Position numbers and translations under genes: made by a program. This document shows, piece after piece, positions 1 to 11,707 of a stretch of 64,000 nucleotides of DNA. The notes beneath the pieces were generated by a model. The model had not been told where the DNA came from and did no database searches. It worked only from the letters and a program-made list of their open reading frames with translations. The stretch's first letter is position 1, and every line of letters starts with the position of its first letter. The stretch lies in the NCBI GenBank assembly GCA_964016885.1, contig OZ024745.1, forward strand, positions 1,240,001 to 1,304,000, read 5' to 3'. Source of the stretch: Eledone cirrhosa. Its lineage: Eukaryota.

Positions 1-1956
1 CAGGTTGACAACCCTGGTGTTATTACTTATACTAGTGTTATTTCTATTGTTACTGCCGTTGCTATTGTTGCTTGCTACAGTGGTATTTAGAGGGTTTGCA
101 TCCCGTTGTGATTTTGTTTGTTGGAAGTAAGAACTAATTTTACTATTATTGCTGCTAGCTATGTGGTATGCTAAGTTAGGCGTCGTAGAGTATGAGATTT
201 TAATGGTGTTTTTGTTTAAGAGGTTGTGGTACTTGTGTCCTAGAGGGAAGTTTTTATCTAGTAGTGAGAAGAAAGCCCTAGGTATGTTGGTGGAGACATT
301 TAGGTTGAAAGGAGGGTTGAAAAATGTATTATTTCTTCTTCTATTTTTGCTTTTAGTGTTTGGTGTGTTGCTTCCTCCTAAGGCCTCCCAGTAGTTTCCA
401 TGGTAATGGTTACTTCCGGTGGCACCCTCCGCTTTGGTGTACTTGTGGTTGCTATTCCTATTATTAGATTTCCTCATGGACATGTTGTGCGAGATGATGT
501 TGTAGCTATGTGTTTTCTTAGGTAGGAACTCTATTTCTATATTATGGCCGGAGCTAGCTAATGCTTGATTGTAATATTGTGAGTTTTTGCTAAATATGTT
601 TGCGTCATAGGACAGACTAGAGATTCTATTGGACACCCCCTTAGAGATAGAGTTTAATATTGATCTAGGGTGATTAGACTTGGTATCTACGTAAATAAGT
701 TTCTCATTAGGCTTATGGAAAGGTGTATATATTTTTGAGTCTAGGTATAGTGTGGCGTCTAGGAAGTTAACATTTTTAGTGTTTTTGTCCATGGTGATAC
801 TAAGGTTAAAGTTTTTGAATGTCTTATGCAGTTGTTTTCTAGTTCTTTCTATATTAAATTTTTTATATTCTATGAGTAGAAGTGCATCATCGCGGTACAA
901 ACCACCGTTGAGGTAAGGGAGGTCTTTATGGATTTCATTGAGGAGGTATAGGCCGACCAAATCAGTGACCTGCGCCGAGTCACTAGATCCCATGGTTATG
1001 TCGAAGTTGTTGTGCGTATCCTTGCGTGTCCATAGTTGGTCCTCGAAGGTGATTATGGTTTTACGGGCCGCAAGGATGACATCAACCTGGGCTCTAGTCA
1101 GGTCGCTATTGGTCATGGCCATGATAAGTGCCTTATTTAATAGGATAGGGGAAATAGAGGTGTAGTATGAATTGATATCAAATTGAATAAATTTTTTGTT
1201 CTTATTATTCTTGATATCCTTAAACCATTCAATTACTTCACCCGTATTTCCCCATTGTTTAAGGTGTATCTTGTGTTTAATTTGTGGGATGATTTTATCC
1301 AAAATCTTCTTGCTGATAATACCAATGTCGGACTTGGAAGGGCAGATAAGTCTTATCGTGGGGTTGCTGATGAAGTTCTCCTTATGGTCCTTCAGAGAGA
1401 ATCTAGGGGGGTTCGGAGTGAAAGGTTGTGTATGCCTCTGTAGTCCTAGTTTAGACACTATATTATAACCCTCTACATTAATATCTTTTAAGTTTTTCAA
1501 GGTGGTTTTTTTGTAGCTTTTATGTAGTTCATTATATATAAACTTTCTATAAGTAATATAATCTAGGCTGTATATGTTATTAGTTTTATCTGCGTGTACA
1601 ATAATTTTATTACTAGTTTTGAATCCACTAATAGAAGTGTTAAGTTTGTTTAAGAAGGTGTTGCTTCTAATATGGTGCTTATTGTATTTAATGTTCTTAA
1701 CTAGTTTAACTAGGTCATTTTCAAAGGAGTTAAGTAGAGTGTTATGAGGGGGGCTTTTAAAGGTTTTAAAGCCGAAGGAGTCAAAATTGTTAGTATTATT
1801 CAAGTTGTTAGATTTGTTTCTATCATAATGGAATGTCCTCCATCTCACTCTATTGATAAATGAATTAACACTGTTGATCAGCAATTTCTCATATGTATTC
1901 CTGGATGGTATTGGTATGTTCTTGGTTGACATGGGGAGTTGGTCTTTGATTAGCAT
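1..1956 (-). CDS. Penelope-like element (PLE) reverse-transcriptase ORF, probably Naiad-type; open from ATG 1956 to the window edge (652 codons)
   Basis: Manual translation found no stop. Motifs in order: FINRVRWR, ADKTNN, LKDHK..RLICPSK, QFDINSYYTSIS, FDITMGSSDSAQVTDLVGLYLL, GLYRDDAL, VNFLDATL, SNHP, RRNNTFFNPPF, NKNTIKISYSTTPN. Probably absent from the ORF track because no stop falls inside the window. Confidence 0.93.
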   Translation of the reverse strand, partial: MLIKDQLPMSTKNIPIPSRNTYEKLLINSVNSFINRVRWRTFHYDRNKSNNLNNTNNFDSFGFKTFKSPPHNTLLNSFENDLVKLVKNIKYNKHHIRSNTFLNKLNTSISGFKTSNKIIVHADKTNNIYSLDYITYRKFIYNELHKSYKKTTLKNLKDINVEGYNIVSKLGLQRHTQPFTPNPPRFSLKDHKENFISNPTIRLICPSKSDIGIISKKILDKIIPQIKHKIHLKQWGNTGEVIEWFKDIKNNKNKKFIQFDINSYYTSISPILLNKALIMAMTNSDLTRAQVDVILAARKTIITFEDQLWTRKDTHNNFDITMGSSDSAQVTDLVGLYLLNEIHKDLPYLNGGLYRDDALLLIEYKKFNIERTRKQLHKTFKNFNLSITMDKNTKNVNFLDATLYLDSKIYTPFHKPNEKLIYVDTKSNHPRSILNSISKGVSNRISSLSYDANIFSKNSQYYNQALASSGHNIEIEFLPKKTHSYNIISHNMSMRKSNNRNSNHKYTKAEGATGSNHYHGNYWEALGGSNTPNTKSKNRRRNNTFFNPPFNLNVSTNIPRAFFSLLDKNFPLGHKYHNLLNKNTIKISYSTTPNLAYHIASSNNSKISSYFQQTKSQRDANPLNTTVASNNSNGSNNRNNTSISNNTRVVNL

Positions 1957-2205
1957 ATTGGCAATATTATATGTCAGCTCAACGATATGGAGCAGTTAAT
2001 AGTATTAGTTATACTATTTATGGTTATGTAAACACAAAACCTTAAGCAGTTGTAAGTATTTTACACACACCCTAAATAGTGGTAGGCAGTAATGTATTAC
2101 TACCTTATTACCAGTAAGTTAAGTAGCTCAATGTAAAAACATCAGATGATTTACAGAGCAGTTATATGAAATATAAGAATCAAAGAACTGTTCAAAACAT
2201 TATTG

Positions 2206-2253
2206 TGCTTACAGCTGTTTCCTCCAAACCGAGGTTTGGATTCTTCGGAGCAA
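2206..2253 (-). ncRNA. Type-I hammerhead-like motif, U4C core variant
   Basis: Minus strand reads ttgct-CCGAAGA-a-tccaaac(ctcg)gtttgga-g-GAAAC-agct-GTA-agca. Stems I and II pair, and stem III is the palindrome ACAGCUGU typical of PLE minimal hammerheads. Confidence 0.7.
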
Positions 2254-2792
2254 TTTATTAATGCATGGACAGTTATATGACCTCCTTTTCAGCCGAGAGA
2301 CATACCAATACATATTCAAACATTGATACATATTCAAACATTGTGGGTCAACATTCATTACAAAATTTAGAGTGGCAGTACACACTTCGAGATTACATTT
2401 ATATTAATAGGTACAATCAAAAATCAAAGATATAGGTTAAAGTACAACATGAAGATAAGTGGTTATATAGTGCAAATGTTATATGTGTGGCACGCATGTG
2501 CGTCTTGTTTATATAGTGTGGCAGAGAGATATGTGTGGTAGAGGCACTTAGGTAGGTAAATAAGAGTGTTAGGTTGGTAGATCTGGTGGCAAAGTCTTTA
2601 TATGATTGATGTAGTCTGTGTGTGGAGAAATATTATAAGTATTAAAGATAGTGCAAGCATTAAAAGTGTTATAAGTATTGGAGATGCACAACGCAGGGAT
2701 GTCAAGTAATTCATGTACTTCGGCATTTTCATGGTCAAGGGAGTGTATATTTCGATTATATGCCTTTCACATAATCCACCAATATATTTCAT

Positions 2793-2824
<32 letters not shown>

Positions 2825-2896
2825 ATTATATATTCGTGTACAGATATTTTTGCATACACAATAACAAAATATAAACAAACATATTTATTTCACAAG

Positions 2897-2975
2897 GCTT
2901 GATAAGGATAAATATATATCAAATATATAAGAACCCTAGAGCAAATCCCGAGCAATGCCGGGCTATTCTGCTAGT
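2897..2975 (+). mobile_element. Helitron-like 3' terminus preceded by a 50-bp piece shared with the PLE2 pseudo-LTR tail
   Basis: A cccg-agcaatgc-cggg hairpin is followed by 8 nt and then CTAG|T. The upstream gataaggataaatatatatcaaatatataagaacc also occurs at about 38971 and, inverted, at about 53640. Confidence 0.5.
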
Positions 2976-3176
2976 ATATACTAAAATATAAGCTGACTCT
3001 ACTATTTTGTGTTTGAGAAATGGGCAAAAATCCAAACCTTATTCATGTAGAATTTGAAGTTGGTGAAAATCGTCAAAATATTGACCCCCGAATATAACCC
3101 CCCCCCCCCCCCCCCACACACACACAGACTTCAACCATCAACGGGGGAGGGGGTCATATATTTCTCGGCTTATATA
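2974..3176. mobile_element. Degenerate second copy of the Tc1/mariner-like MITE at 5678-5851
   Basis: Shares catgtagaatttgaagttggtgaaaatc(g/a)tcaaaatattgacccc and decayed TIRs with 5678-5851. Confidence 0.65.
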
Positions 3177-3185
3177 ATAATGAAA

Positions 3186-4433
3186 TTATTGTGTACTACA
3201 GCTCATCAAAGGTGAATGTAATATACAACTGTCAGGAAAGTGAACAGTGTATGAGTCATGATATACATGTGTATATGGACAGGGAATGTCAGGTGTAGTG
3301 TTGGCAAATTTCAGGAAGCATGGAGGTTTTAAAAGATGCAGTGTCTCGACAGCTAACAACTGATGCAGGTAGTTTGTTCCATGCTTCAGCGACTCTGAGC
3401 TTGAAAAAATGTTTCCGAAAGTCATGGGAACTGTGCTGTTTTCTGACTTTGTTGGCATGCCCACGTGTGTTAGACACATGGAATTCAAAAAGGTGCTCAG
3501 GGTTGTTGTTGGCAAGATGGTTAATAATTTTGTGGGTGTTTACCAAGTCAGTTGCCAGGCGTCGGAGCTTCAATGTATCCATGCCCAGGGAAACAAGGCG
3601 TTCAGAGTATGATAGCTGCTTGATGGAGGGTATTCACTTGGTTGCATGTCTCTGAACAGTTTCCAGGAGGTCAATGTTCTGAGCAAGGTAGGGCTTCCAG
3701 ACTCATCATCATCATCATCATCATCACCGTTTTACGTCCGTTCTTCCACGCTAGCATGGGTTAGACGGGTTGTCCTGTTGTGGGCAGTGTCTGGTCGGCT
3801 GACCATGCCTTGTTCATACAGGAACTGATTTGGCTTGATTTCTACAGCTGGATGCCCTTCCTAACACCAACCTCATTTACAGTGAGTGCTGGGTGCTTTT
3901 TCGTGGCGCCTACACGTCCACTTTACAGTGTGGGCTGGGTGCTTTTTTGCCGTGGCACCTCCACGACCACCCTGCGGTGGGGGGTGTGGGGGCATATTGT
4001 CTATATGCTTCAGCTTGTACCCATGGGAGGTCGGGTACTCTGTATTACTGCGTGATGCCAGAGGTCACGGTCGTGTGTCATTGCCTTTGAGAGGTGGGGT
4101 GGGGGGTGGGGTGGTGGTGCAAATTCTAAGTGTGGCCACACCATAGCTATATACAGCTTTAAATAGTTAGTTGGAGAGCGGCTGACAAAGGTCTTGCTGA
4201 GTGGTGCCAAGACACCCTCGGCCTTCTTGACAATTTTAGAGATCTGCTTTGTCCAATGCAAATCGCTGCTAACAGTAATGCCAAGGTCACATTCACAAGA
4301 AGACTTCTTGTGATGTGGAGGGAGTATGTGGATGCTGGGTCCCCCCCCCCCCCCCCAAATGCATGGTGGTACACTTGTCCACAGCCAGCTTGAGTTGCCA
4401 GTCTTTGATCCATTGCTGCATTGTGTCCAGGTC
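3186..4433 (-). mobile_element. CR1/L2-group LINE 3' fragment (decayed ORF2 C-terminus and 3' UTR), interrupted at about 3703-4115
   Basis: Motifs CECDLGITV, KLYIAMVWPHLEFA, LGMDTLKLRRLATDL, TRGH and FFKLRVAEAWNKLP, broken by frameshifts. Same family as 32800-34500. Confidence 0.85.
3703..4115 (-). mobile_element. RTE-tail-type dispersed repeat ending in (GAT)n, nested in the CR1-like copy
   Basis: catcatc..ttttacgtcc..ttccacgctagcatgggttagacggg..ggatgcccttcctaacaccaacc recurs at 21300, 38235, 44500, 44880 and 55035. At 38757-38890 and 55240-55490 it joins RTE ORF-end coding sequence (ERRLRWYGHVM). Confidence 0.7.
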
Positions 4434-4649
4434 ATGATAATTAATATAGTTAAATGAAATACTGCTTACAAATGTGAAGATCTATACCTTACTTAAAAAG
4501 CAAGTAAAAGGTTGAAACAATATCTAGCCTGTAGAAATCTTTCTGTCTTATAGGTTTCCTTGTTCAGTCTATGCCAGCATAGAAAAACGGATGCCAAAAA
4601 CAATGATAATGTTATTATTTAGCTGTAAACTAATGAATAGAACTAATTT

Positions 4650-4835
4650 AGATATTTAGGCAAACATATAGAAATGGAAAGTAACATTTGAAAGGACTAT
4701 AAATGCTCACCTCTTCCCCCTTTCTTCCCTCTTTCGTTGCTTAATAATCCTTGCCCTTTTCCTCTCATTCATAGCATTTATAGTCCTTTCCAATACTACT
4801 TTCTTTTTCTATGTTTGACTAATTATTAAATTTAG
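4650..4835. repeat. Imperfect inverted repeat (about 55-bp arms) upstream of the first exon
   Basis: gaaaggactataaatgct at about 4690-4707 pairs with agcatttatagtcctttc at about 4773-4790. Pairing extends outward (caaacata/tatgtttg). Confidence 0.7.
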
Positions 4836-4961
4836 ATATTGTTTTCCAAACCGTCTAATGTATTAGATCATAAATAAATAACTTAGAAAACAAATGAAAT
4901 ATCAATGACTACTGGCATTTCAAACTAAACATCTGAAATATATTAATTCTTCTCCTTTCAG

Positions 4962-5105
4962 ACTTTGTAAAGATCAGTGGGTATTTGACCAGAAAGCATT
5001 TTTAAATGGCATTGACAATGTACTTGGTCCAACAGCATTGCTTCAACTGAAAAATGCTGGGGTTGACATTGGAAACTACGCTCTTGAAATATCTGCTCAG
5101 CTAAA
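4962..5105 (+). CDS. Internal coding exon A of an unidentified host gene (LCKDQWVFDQKAFLNGIDNVLGPTALLQLKNAGVDIGNYALEISAQLK)
   Basis: Acceptor ttctcctttcag, donor AA|gtgagt, 144 nt open. Its phase-2 end joins exon B in frame. Confidence 0.8.
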
Positions 5106-5677
5106 GTGAGTCAATTATTTGTAATCAGTTCTGTTTTCTCTCTATATTTAATTCTATGCAATATTTCTTTGTTATTTATGTACACTAGGGCAGGGAATTG
5201 ACTGGGTTGTTACCTGGATAGAATGTTTTGCAGTATTTGTTCCAGCTCTCTGATCTCTGAGTTCAAATCCAGCTGAGGTCAACTTTGCCTTTCATCCATT
5301 TGTGGTTGATAAAAAAAGTACCAGTCAGTCTAGTACTGGGGTAAATTCTTCTATATCTCCTTCTCACTTCCATTCTCTCTCTCCCAATCCTTCTCTGGAA
5401 GAAATCTGCTATATTCAGACCTGGAGAATCTGTTTATCTATCCATAGGGGTATTTTAGCTGTTTATCTATCCATAGGGGTATTTTACCAGATTTCCTAAG
5501 CTATTATTTATAGCAACTGGCTGTTGTTACAGTTGTGTTGTGTTTGGGATTCCTACATTTTCTGGGAATCAATATTAATGTTTTTAATCTGAAAGGAACA
5601 CCTATTCACATATTTTTCTTCATCTTTGACATGAGGTAAAGTTGATTAAATTAAGTCAATACATACTTGAGACTTAA

Positions 5678-5851
5678 TGTATATACTTGAATATAAGTTG
5701 ACCCCACAATTTTATGTCTGAGAAATGGACAAAAATCTAAACTTTATTTACATAGAATTTGAAGTTGGTGAAAATCATCAAAATATTGACCCCGAATATA
5801 AGCCATTATTTTTTAGTCACATATTCCTTGTCTTATATTCAAGTATATATG
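5678..5851. mobile_element. Tc1/mariner-superfamily-like MITE
   Basis: Perfect TIRs tatatacttgaatataag (5680-5697) and cttatattcaagtatata (5832-5849). A second copy lies at 2974-3176. The superfamily call is inferred from TIR style. Confidence 0.7.
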
Positions 5852-6277
5852 GGAGTTTTTTTAATTTTGAGTGATCAAAAGCAAATCATTCTTTGTGGAA
5901 TCTCAATTCTGAATATAGAAATAGGAGACTAAACACTAAAAGTATGAAAATAACAATGATTTAATGATTTGGAATTCAGTAGATATTGATAGTAAAATAT
6001 TAAGATGTATGAAAGGAATGGTAAGTTTGGTGGAACTTTACTTTAATTGTAACTGTTAGTTACTATTTAAAATCTGGTTGTGTAAAAAAACTGTGTTTCA
6101 GACATATTTAGATTGTAAAGATTTTAATTACTTAACTCCTGCATTGTACTGGCATATCAATAGACATGGAATTATTGATATTGTATTAATAATTGTTGTA
6201 TGATGATGTCTGTATTTGAGATAAGTTTAGCTGAATCCTTGAAAAAAAAATAAATGTAATTTTTCTCTTTTCTTTAG

Positions 6278-7413
6278 GAATAGCCAGTCATTGAAATATA
6301 ATGAGGCTCAACAAAATCCTCTTGTAAACAATATGTCGGTAGTTCCTCGATCTGTTGACAATCTAGAAATTAGGAAAATTGGAGACCCATCTAATGCTGG
6401 TCAAAATGTAGGTGCAGATAAAAATAATAATATAGTTGTCAATCCTCCTGTAGATAATGGCAACAACGTTGGTGATGCTGGAAATCCAGGAGCTGTTGTC
6501 CCTCCCGCCAACAACAACATCGGTGATGCTGGAAATCCAGGAGCTGTTGTCCTTCCCGCCAATAACACCAGTGATGCTGGAAATCCAGGAGCTGGTGTCC
6601 CTCCCGCCAACAACAACGTCGGTGATGTTGGAAATCCAGGAGCTGTTGTCCTTCCCGCCAACAACAACGTTGGTGATGTTGGAAATCCAGGAGCTGTTGT
6701 CCCTCCCGCCAACAACAACGTCGGTGATGTTGGAAATCCAGGAGCTATTGTCCCTCCCACCAACAACAATGTCGTTGAAGCTGGAAATCCAGGAGCTATT
6801 GTCCCTCCCGCCAACAACAACGATGGTGATGCTGGAAATCCAGGAGCTGTTGTCCCTCCCGCCAACAACAATGTCGTTGAAGCTGGAAATCCAGGAGCTA
6901 TTGTCCCTCCCGCCAACAACAATGATGGTGATGCTGGAAATCCAGGAGCTATTGTCCCTCCCGCCAACAACAACGATGGTGATGCTGGAAATCCAGCAGC
7001 TGTTGTCCCTCCCATCAACAACAATGACATTCCCATCGCTGGTATTCAAGCTGTGGTTGCTGGAGAAACCAAAAATAGTCCTCAGAACAACAACGATGCT
7101 GTCATAGGAAACCCTGCAGCTGTTGCTCCTCTTCTTAATAATAATAATGAAGGTGGTGGTGGTACAAACAGTTTAAATCCAGGTAATGCTGCTGTTGCTG
7201 AGAAGCTCAAAGCAATGGATGTTGCTGAGAACAACCACAATTTCGCTCAAATTAAACCACGTGATTCTGTATTTTGGGACACTTATGGCAACAAGCCTAA
7301 AATAGAAAATAATTCATTGTTGGACTTGCTTAGGAGTAACAAAATTTTGTCAGAAAACCAGTTGAACAATGCTCCAGACCCCAATGATTCTAAGCTACTT
7401 GCTGTACAGGATG
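6278..7413 (+). CDS. Coding exon B, with 11 copies of a 17-aa Asn/Pro/Gly/Val repeat
   Basis: Acceptor ttttctcttttctttag and donor GATG|gtaagt (phase 1). Matches ORF 6291..7424 and is in frame with exons A and C. Confidence 0.85.
6468..7026 (+). repeat. Coding tandem repeat, 51-bp unit x11 (one unit is 48 bp)
   Basis: Unit ggtgatgctggaaatccaggagctgttgtccctcccgccaacaacaacgtc. The only length variant is a 3-nt deletion. Confidence 0.95.
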
Positions 7414-8505
7414 GTAAGTTTTGATTTTGTATTTTAGCAACGAAGCATGGAAATACATTTAAGCATTTATTTTTTAAAAGAATATTTTGTTTTACTTATA
7501 TTTCATATTTACATTTTAAAAAAAAATTCCAAAATGCATTGGGTTGAAAAACTTTTCAAACGGTTTACATCTTCAATTTTTAATTTCACAAATACACAGT
7601 ACACTGTAAATTGGTTGACTAATGAAGGGAATGTAAGGAAGAGATGTTTTTGTTTTTTTTAATCTTGTTCAGAACATGACAGCCTTTCTAGTGTTGATGC
7701 CACAATGAAATACACCTAGTTCATTCTGTAAAGGAGTCAGTGCTATTAAAGATATCAAGCCATAGAAACCATGCCATAAATTGGACTGTACGAGTGAGGT
7801 ATATTCTACCAGCTTGTTTAGGAGGGCAGTAACTCTGAATAAAAACTGACACAGACTGTAATAATCTGTCTAACCCATGCTAACATAGAAAACAGATGTA
7901 GAATGATGATGATGATGATGATGAGTGACGGCAACAACAATGACAACTATTTAATTTTGACTCTTCACATATACTACATGTTTCTGTAAGTTGACCATGT
8001 TTCTCATTGAACTTCACCATCATTTAATATCATTTCTCCATGCTTGTAAGACTTAGACAGTTGTCATGTTATGTGACTAGACAGGTCAGATGACCATGTT
8101 TTGCTCATATGATCTGTATTTGGCTTGGATACCCTTCCTACCACCAACCACATTCCATCCCTATCATCACCTATATTACAGGGTGGACTGGGTGCTTTTT
8201 GTCATGGCACCAACCACGTTACAAGGTGGACTTCTGGTCTTAATTTCATTATCCCTATAAGTTGAATAATAATTGTTGGGCTGCGCCAATTTTGGCATGT
8301 CTTCCATAATGGATAAGAATAATAATGCCAGTGCTATTCATCTCTGTTTTGGAAGGTGAAACATGTTATACAGTGCATTGCAGTCAATTGAAACAGTGGA
8401 GAGTTACCATACATAATGTAGTCTCTCTCGATTATATCGAATCAATCATTGAACTCTCATTGAACTGAGCCATTAGTATTTACTGTCACTTGGAAATGGA
8501 ATATA

Positions 8506-8730
8506 TCCCTTTAGTATTTAAACCAGCCATATCCGGCCAAAATTTCCTCACATCTTTCTGTTCAAATTGGCTGTATTGGCTGCTCATACTGATGTTATAG
8601 TATTGTTCTCAAAATAAATAATATCAAAATCTCATAGATTCAATATTATGTGCGATAATTATGTAAGGTAAATTGTTTACCACGAAAATATAATAGTAAA
8701 TATAGAGTAATGTAAATGTTAAGGGATAAA
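8506..8730. mobile_element. Degenerate copy of piggyBac-like MITE family 1
   Basis: Internal sequence aligns with 11495-11707. A further partial copy lies at about 10700-10892. Confidence 0.7.
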
Positions 8731-9014
8731 GCCGTTTCATTTTTTTGTTTGGCTTGAGTTGTTTGGGAATTGGCCCTTCTTCAGAATATCCACATTAAAG
8801 ATATAAAAGGTCTCAAAAGTTTTTCATAACATTATTTCATTTTGTTGTTTTTATTTTGTATTTTTATTTTAGAAATCATTTTGACATTATTATTTTCCCT
8901 TAGTTTAGAAAAAAGAAATCTTTTTGCTTTGGACATGATTTGAAAACCTTTCACATATTTTCTGTGGGTTTAATTATTTTACATACTGTTTACATAATAT
9001 TGAGTGTTTGTTAA

Positions 9015-9239
9015 CCTTTTTGTTACCAACTTGCTCCAAACTGCCCCAGGTTCTATGAAACAAAACAATCTATTTTAAAGGGTTCCTGGTTAAATTGAAT
9101 CTTCCAACATAATTCAACAAATATTTTGTAAAAATTATATAACAAATACCATCATAAAAATGAAATAATTATTTCAGTAAATCCTTCCAAATCCTTCATT
9201 AATTAATTCAAATGCATTATAAATATGGTAATGAAAAGG
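9015..9239. mobile_element. piggyBac-like MITE family 2
   Basis: TTAA|CCTTTTTGTTACCA ... TGGTAATGAAAAGG|TTAA. A related copy lies at 46265-46953. Confidence 0.7.
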
Positions 9240-9934
9240 TTAAAGTTGGTTAAATCCTGTTACAAATTGCAGAAGATTCACAAAGTTTGAACTTAGAAAC
9301 TACTGAGAGAAAATTTACCCTTCAGTTTGTGTCAAAAGATACAACTTCTCCTCTGCACTCAATAGAGACCCCTCTGCCTGTCTGGGAGGTCAGTAGCCCT
9401 GCTTCAGTACTGACTTAGTCTATGTTGCTAGCAGGGAAAGTGGGTGTTAAGTGATGATGAAGTGGATTCTCGTCTGTCAGAAATAATTATTCTCAGACAT
9501 CCTATTATCTATTTCCCTCATCTGGAATCATTAAAGTAGTAGAACAGAATCCAATCTAAAGATAACTAAATACTTATTATTTTCTAACCTTGTGAACTTA
9601 CAAGCTGTCCATTATTTTTTACACCCCCCTGTTTTACTTCTATGTAGATTGGTTGCTCAATCAATAAGAAAAAATTCTCTTTTATTATCATGCCTTTTTT
9701 ATTGATAACATTTTTTTTCTGCTTTTTTTGTGAATTTTTTTTTAAAAGTAGAAGGAATATAGTTAATATGGTGGATTGGAAGAATTGTTAGAGCATTAAA
9801 CAAAATGGTTTGTGGTATTTAGTTATGGTCTCTTATTGAGTTGAAATCCTGCTACAGTCAACTTTGCCTTTCATCATTCTGTGTGCGATAAAGTAAAATA
9901 TTGGTCAAGTGCTAGAGTTGATTTAATTGACTAT

Positions 9935-10200
9935 TGTAGTTAAGGTGTTTAGCTCATGATCATACGGTCATGAGTTCGATTCCTGGACTGGGTGCTGTAT
10001 TGTGTCCTTGAGCAAGAAACTTTAGTTCATGTTCACATTGATCCAGTCCACTTAACTGGCAAAAATGAGTTGTCAAACACTGTGTCATGCTGAATCTCCC
10101 TGAGAACTACATTAAGGGGGCATGTGTCTATAGAATGCTCAGCTTCTTACACATTAATTTCACAATCAGGTAGTTCTAGTGATTCAACTGAAGAACTCAT
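9935..10200 (+). mobile_element. tRNA-derived SINE family A copy
   Basis: B-box gagttcgattcc, then tgtgtccttgagcaag. Homologous to 25036-25155, 13500-13740, 20750-20990(-), 44660-44830(-) and 45340-45590(-). Confidence 0.75.
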
Positions 10201-11494
10201 CTTTAGAACTCAACAATTAGGTAGTTCTAGTGATTGAATCAACTGAAGAACTCATCTTTAGAACTCAACAAAAGTCTAACAGCAACAGCAGCCCTTCCCC
10301 AAATTTCTGGTCTTACAGCAATGTTAAAATAATCCTAATAAAATATTTAGTGTACATATAAGTATTTATCAGGAATCTCTCTTCCTTTCCTTGCCCCCTT
10401 CCTATTCATTACAGTTGTTCACATATTAGAATTCAGGATTGTGTATCCTTGTAAATTTTTATATCCTGATAACCTTACTTGGATTAAGTTGTTTACGTTG
10501 ATTAAATTTCTGTAGTGTGTGTTGTGAACCTTGAAAACCTGAGTGATATACTAGCAAGTGGTCAACCTATATTTCTTATTGTAAAAATAAACTGTCAAAA
10601 TCTGTCTCAAACCTGGAGGCTCACCAGGCCACTTGGTGCTAATCTCAGTTTCCATGGCATGAAGCAATTGAGAGTACATGACTTCTCCCTTGACAGGACG
10701 CCAGTTCAAACTGGCCAGAATTCTCTACCTCTTTCTGTTGAAACTAGCTGTAACTGGTCGCTCAAACTGATGTTAAGGTATTGTACTCAAAATAAATACT
10801 TTCAAAATATGTGAGATAATTATGTGAGGTAAAGCCTTTACCATGAAAATATAATTGTAAATATAGAATAATGTGAATGCTAAAGGGTTAAACTTCCAGC
10901 TACTGCTGGTACTAATGTTCAGCTGAGTATACTGGAGCAACATGAAATAAAGTGTTTTGCTCAACAACACACAACTCAGTCTTGGAACATTATCGTAAGT
11001 TCAACACCCTGACCACTAAGCCACTATGGCAAGTTTACTAAAATGAAAACAAAAAAATAAAATGATTAAAGTTTTTTGAAAATTGTTGGAATAATTAATT
11101 AATATCTTCTAAAATAATTGTTTTTAATTGATAGAAAATTTCAGAACATAAGTCAGTCAGTGAATGACAAGACCCCAGACTTCATTCACTTACTGAGTGA
11201 AGTGGAACTTGTCAAATTGGACCAAGGAAACATTGTTTCCATTGGTCTTTCCATTGCTGATAATATCTGCTGGTTGCAACTGATGGCAGAAAGAGTAACA
11301 CGAAATAAAGTGCCTTACTCAAGGACATAATGCATTACCTTGTCTGGGAATCAAACTCGCAACCTCAAAATTACAGATCCAATTCTCTTACTACTAAGCC
11401 ACACAAATATAATAGAATTGTTAAAGCACAATTTCTAATGGCTCTCTTGACCACAGTATATCTGGTTGTGAAAGGGTTACTAACTTTTTGTTAA

Positions 11495-11707
11495 CCCTTT
11501 AGCATTTAAATCAGCCATATGCGGCTAGAATTCTCCCACCTCTGTCTGTTCAAACCGGTCGTAACTGGTCACTCGTACCTACATTAAGGTATTGTAAATA
11601 ATATCAAAATCTCATAGATTCGATATTATGTGAGATAATTATGTAAGATAAAAACCTTTACTATGAAAATACAATTGTAAATATAGAATAATGTGAATGC
11701 TAAAGGG
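11495..11707. mobile_element. piggyBac-like MITE family 1 (213 bp) with intact ends
   Basis: TTAA|CCCTTTAGCATT ... AATGCTAAAGGG|TTAA: a 12-bp perfect TIR with a TTAA target duplication. Confidence 0.85.

Larger units (their letters stand above)
1..2800 (-). mobile_element. Penelope-like retroelement: 5' pseudo-LTR/leader (about 1957-2800) plus ORF
   Basis: The RT ORF is preceded by a non-coding leader containing a hammerhead motif and ending against a (TA)n tract at about 2800-2823. The outer boundary is approximate. Confidence 0.8.

Noticed and set aside
149-1468. Plus-strand ORFs 149, 938, 1183 and 1196
   Set aside because: They are antisense shadows of the Penelope-like RT ORF.
6363-7107. 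Overlapping ORFs 6363(-), 6401(-) and 6457(+)
   Set aside because: They are shadow frames of the 51-bp repeat. Only the 6291 frame is bounded by phase-compatible splice sites.
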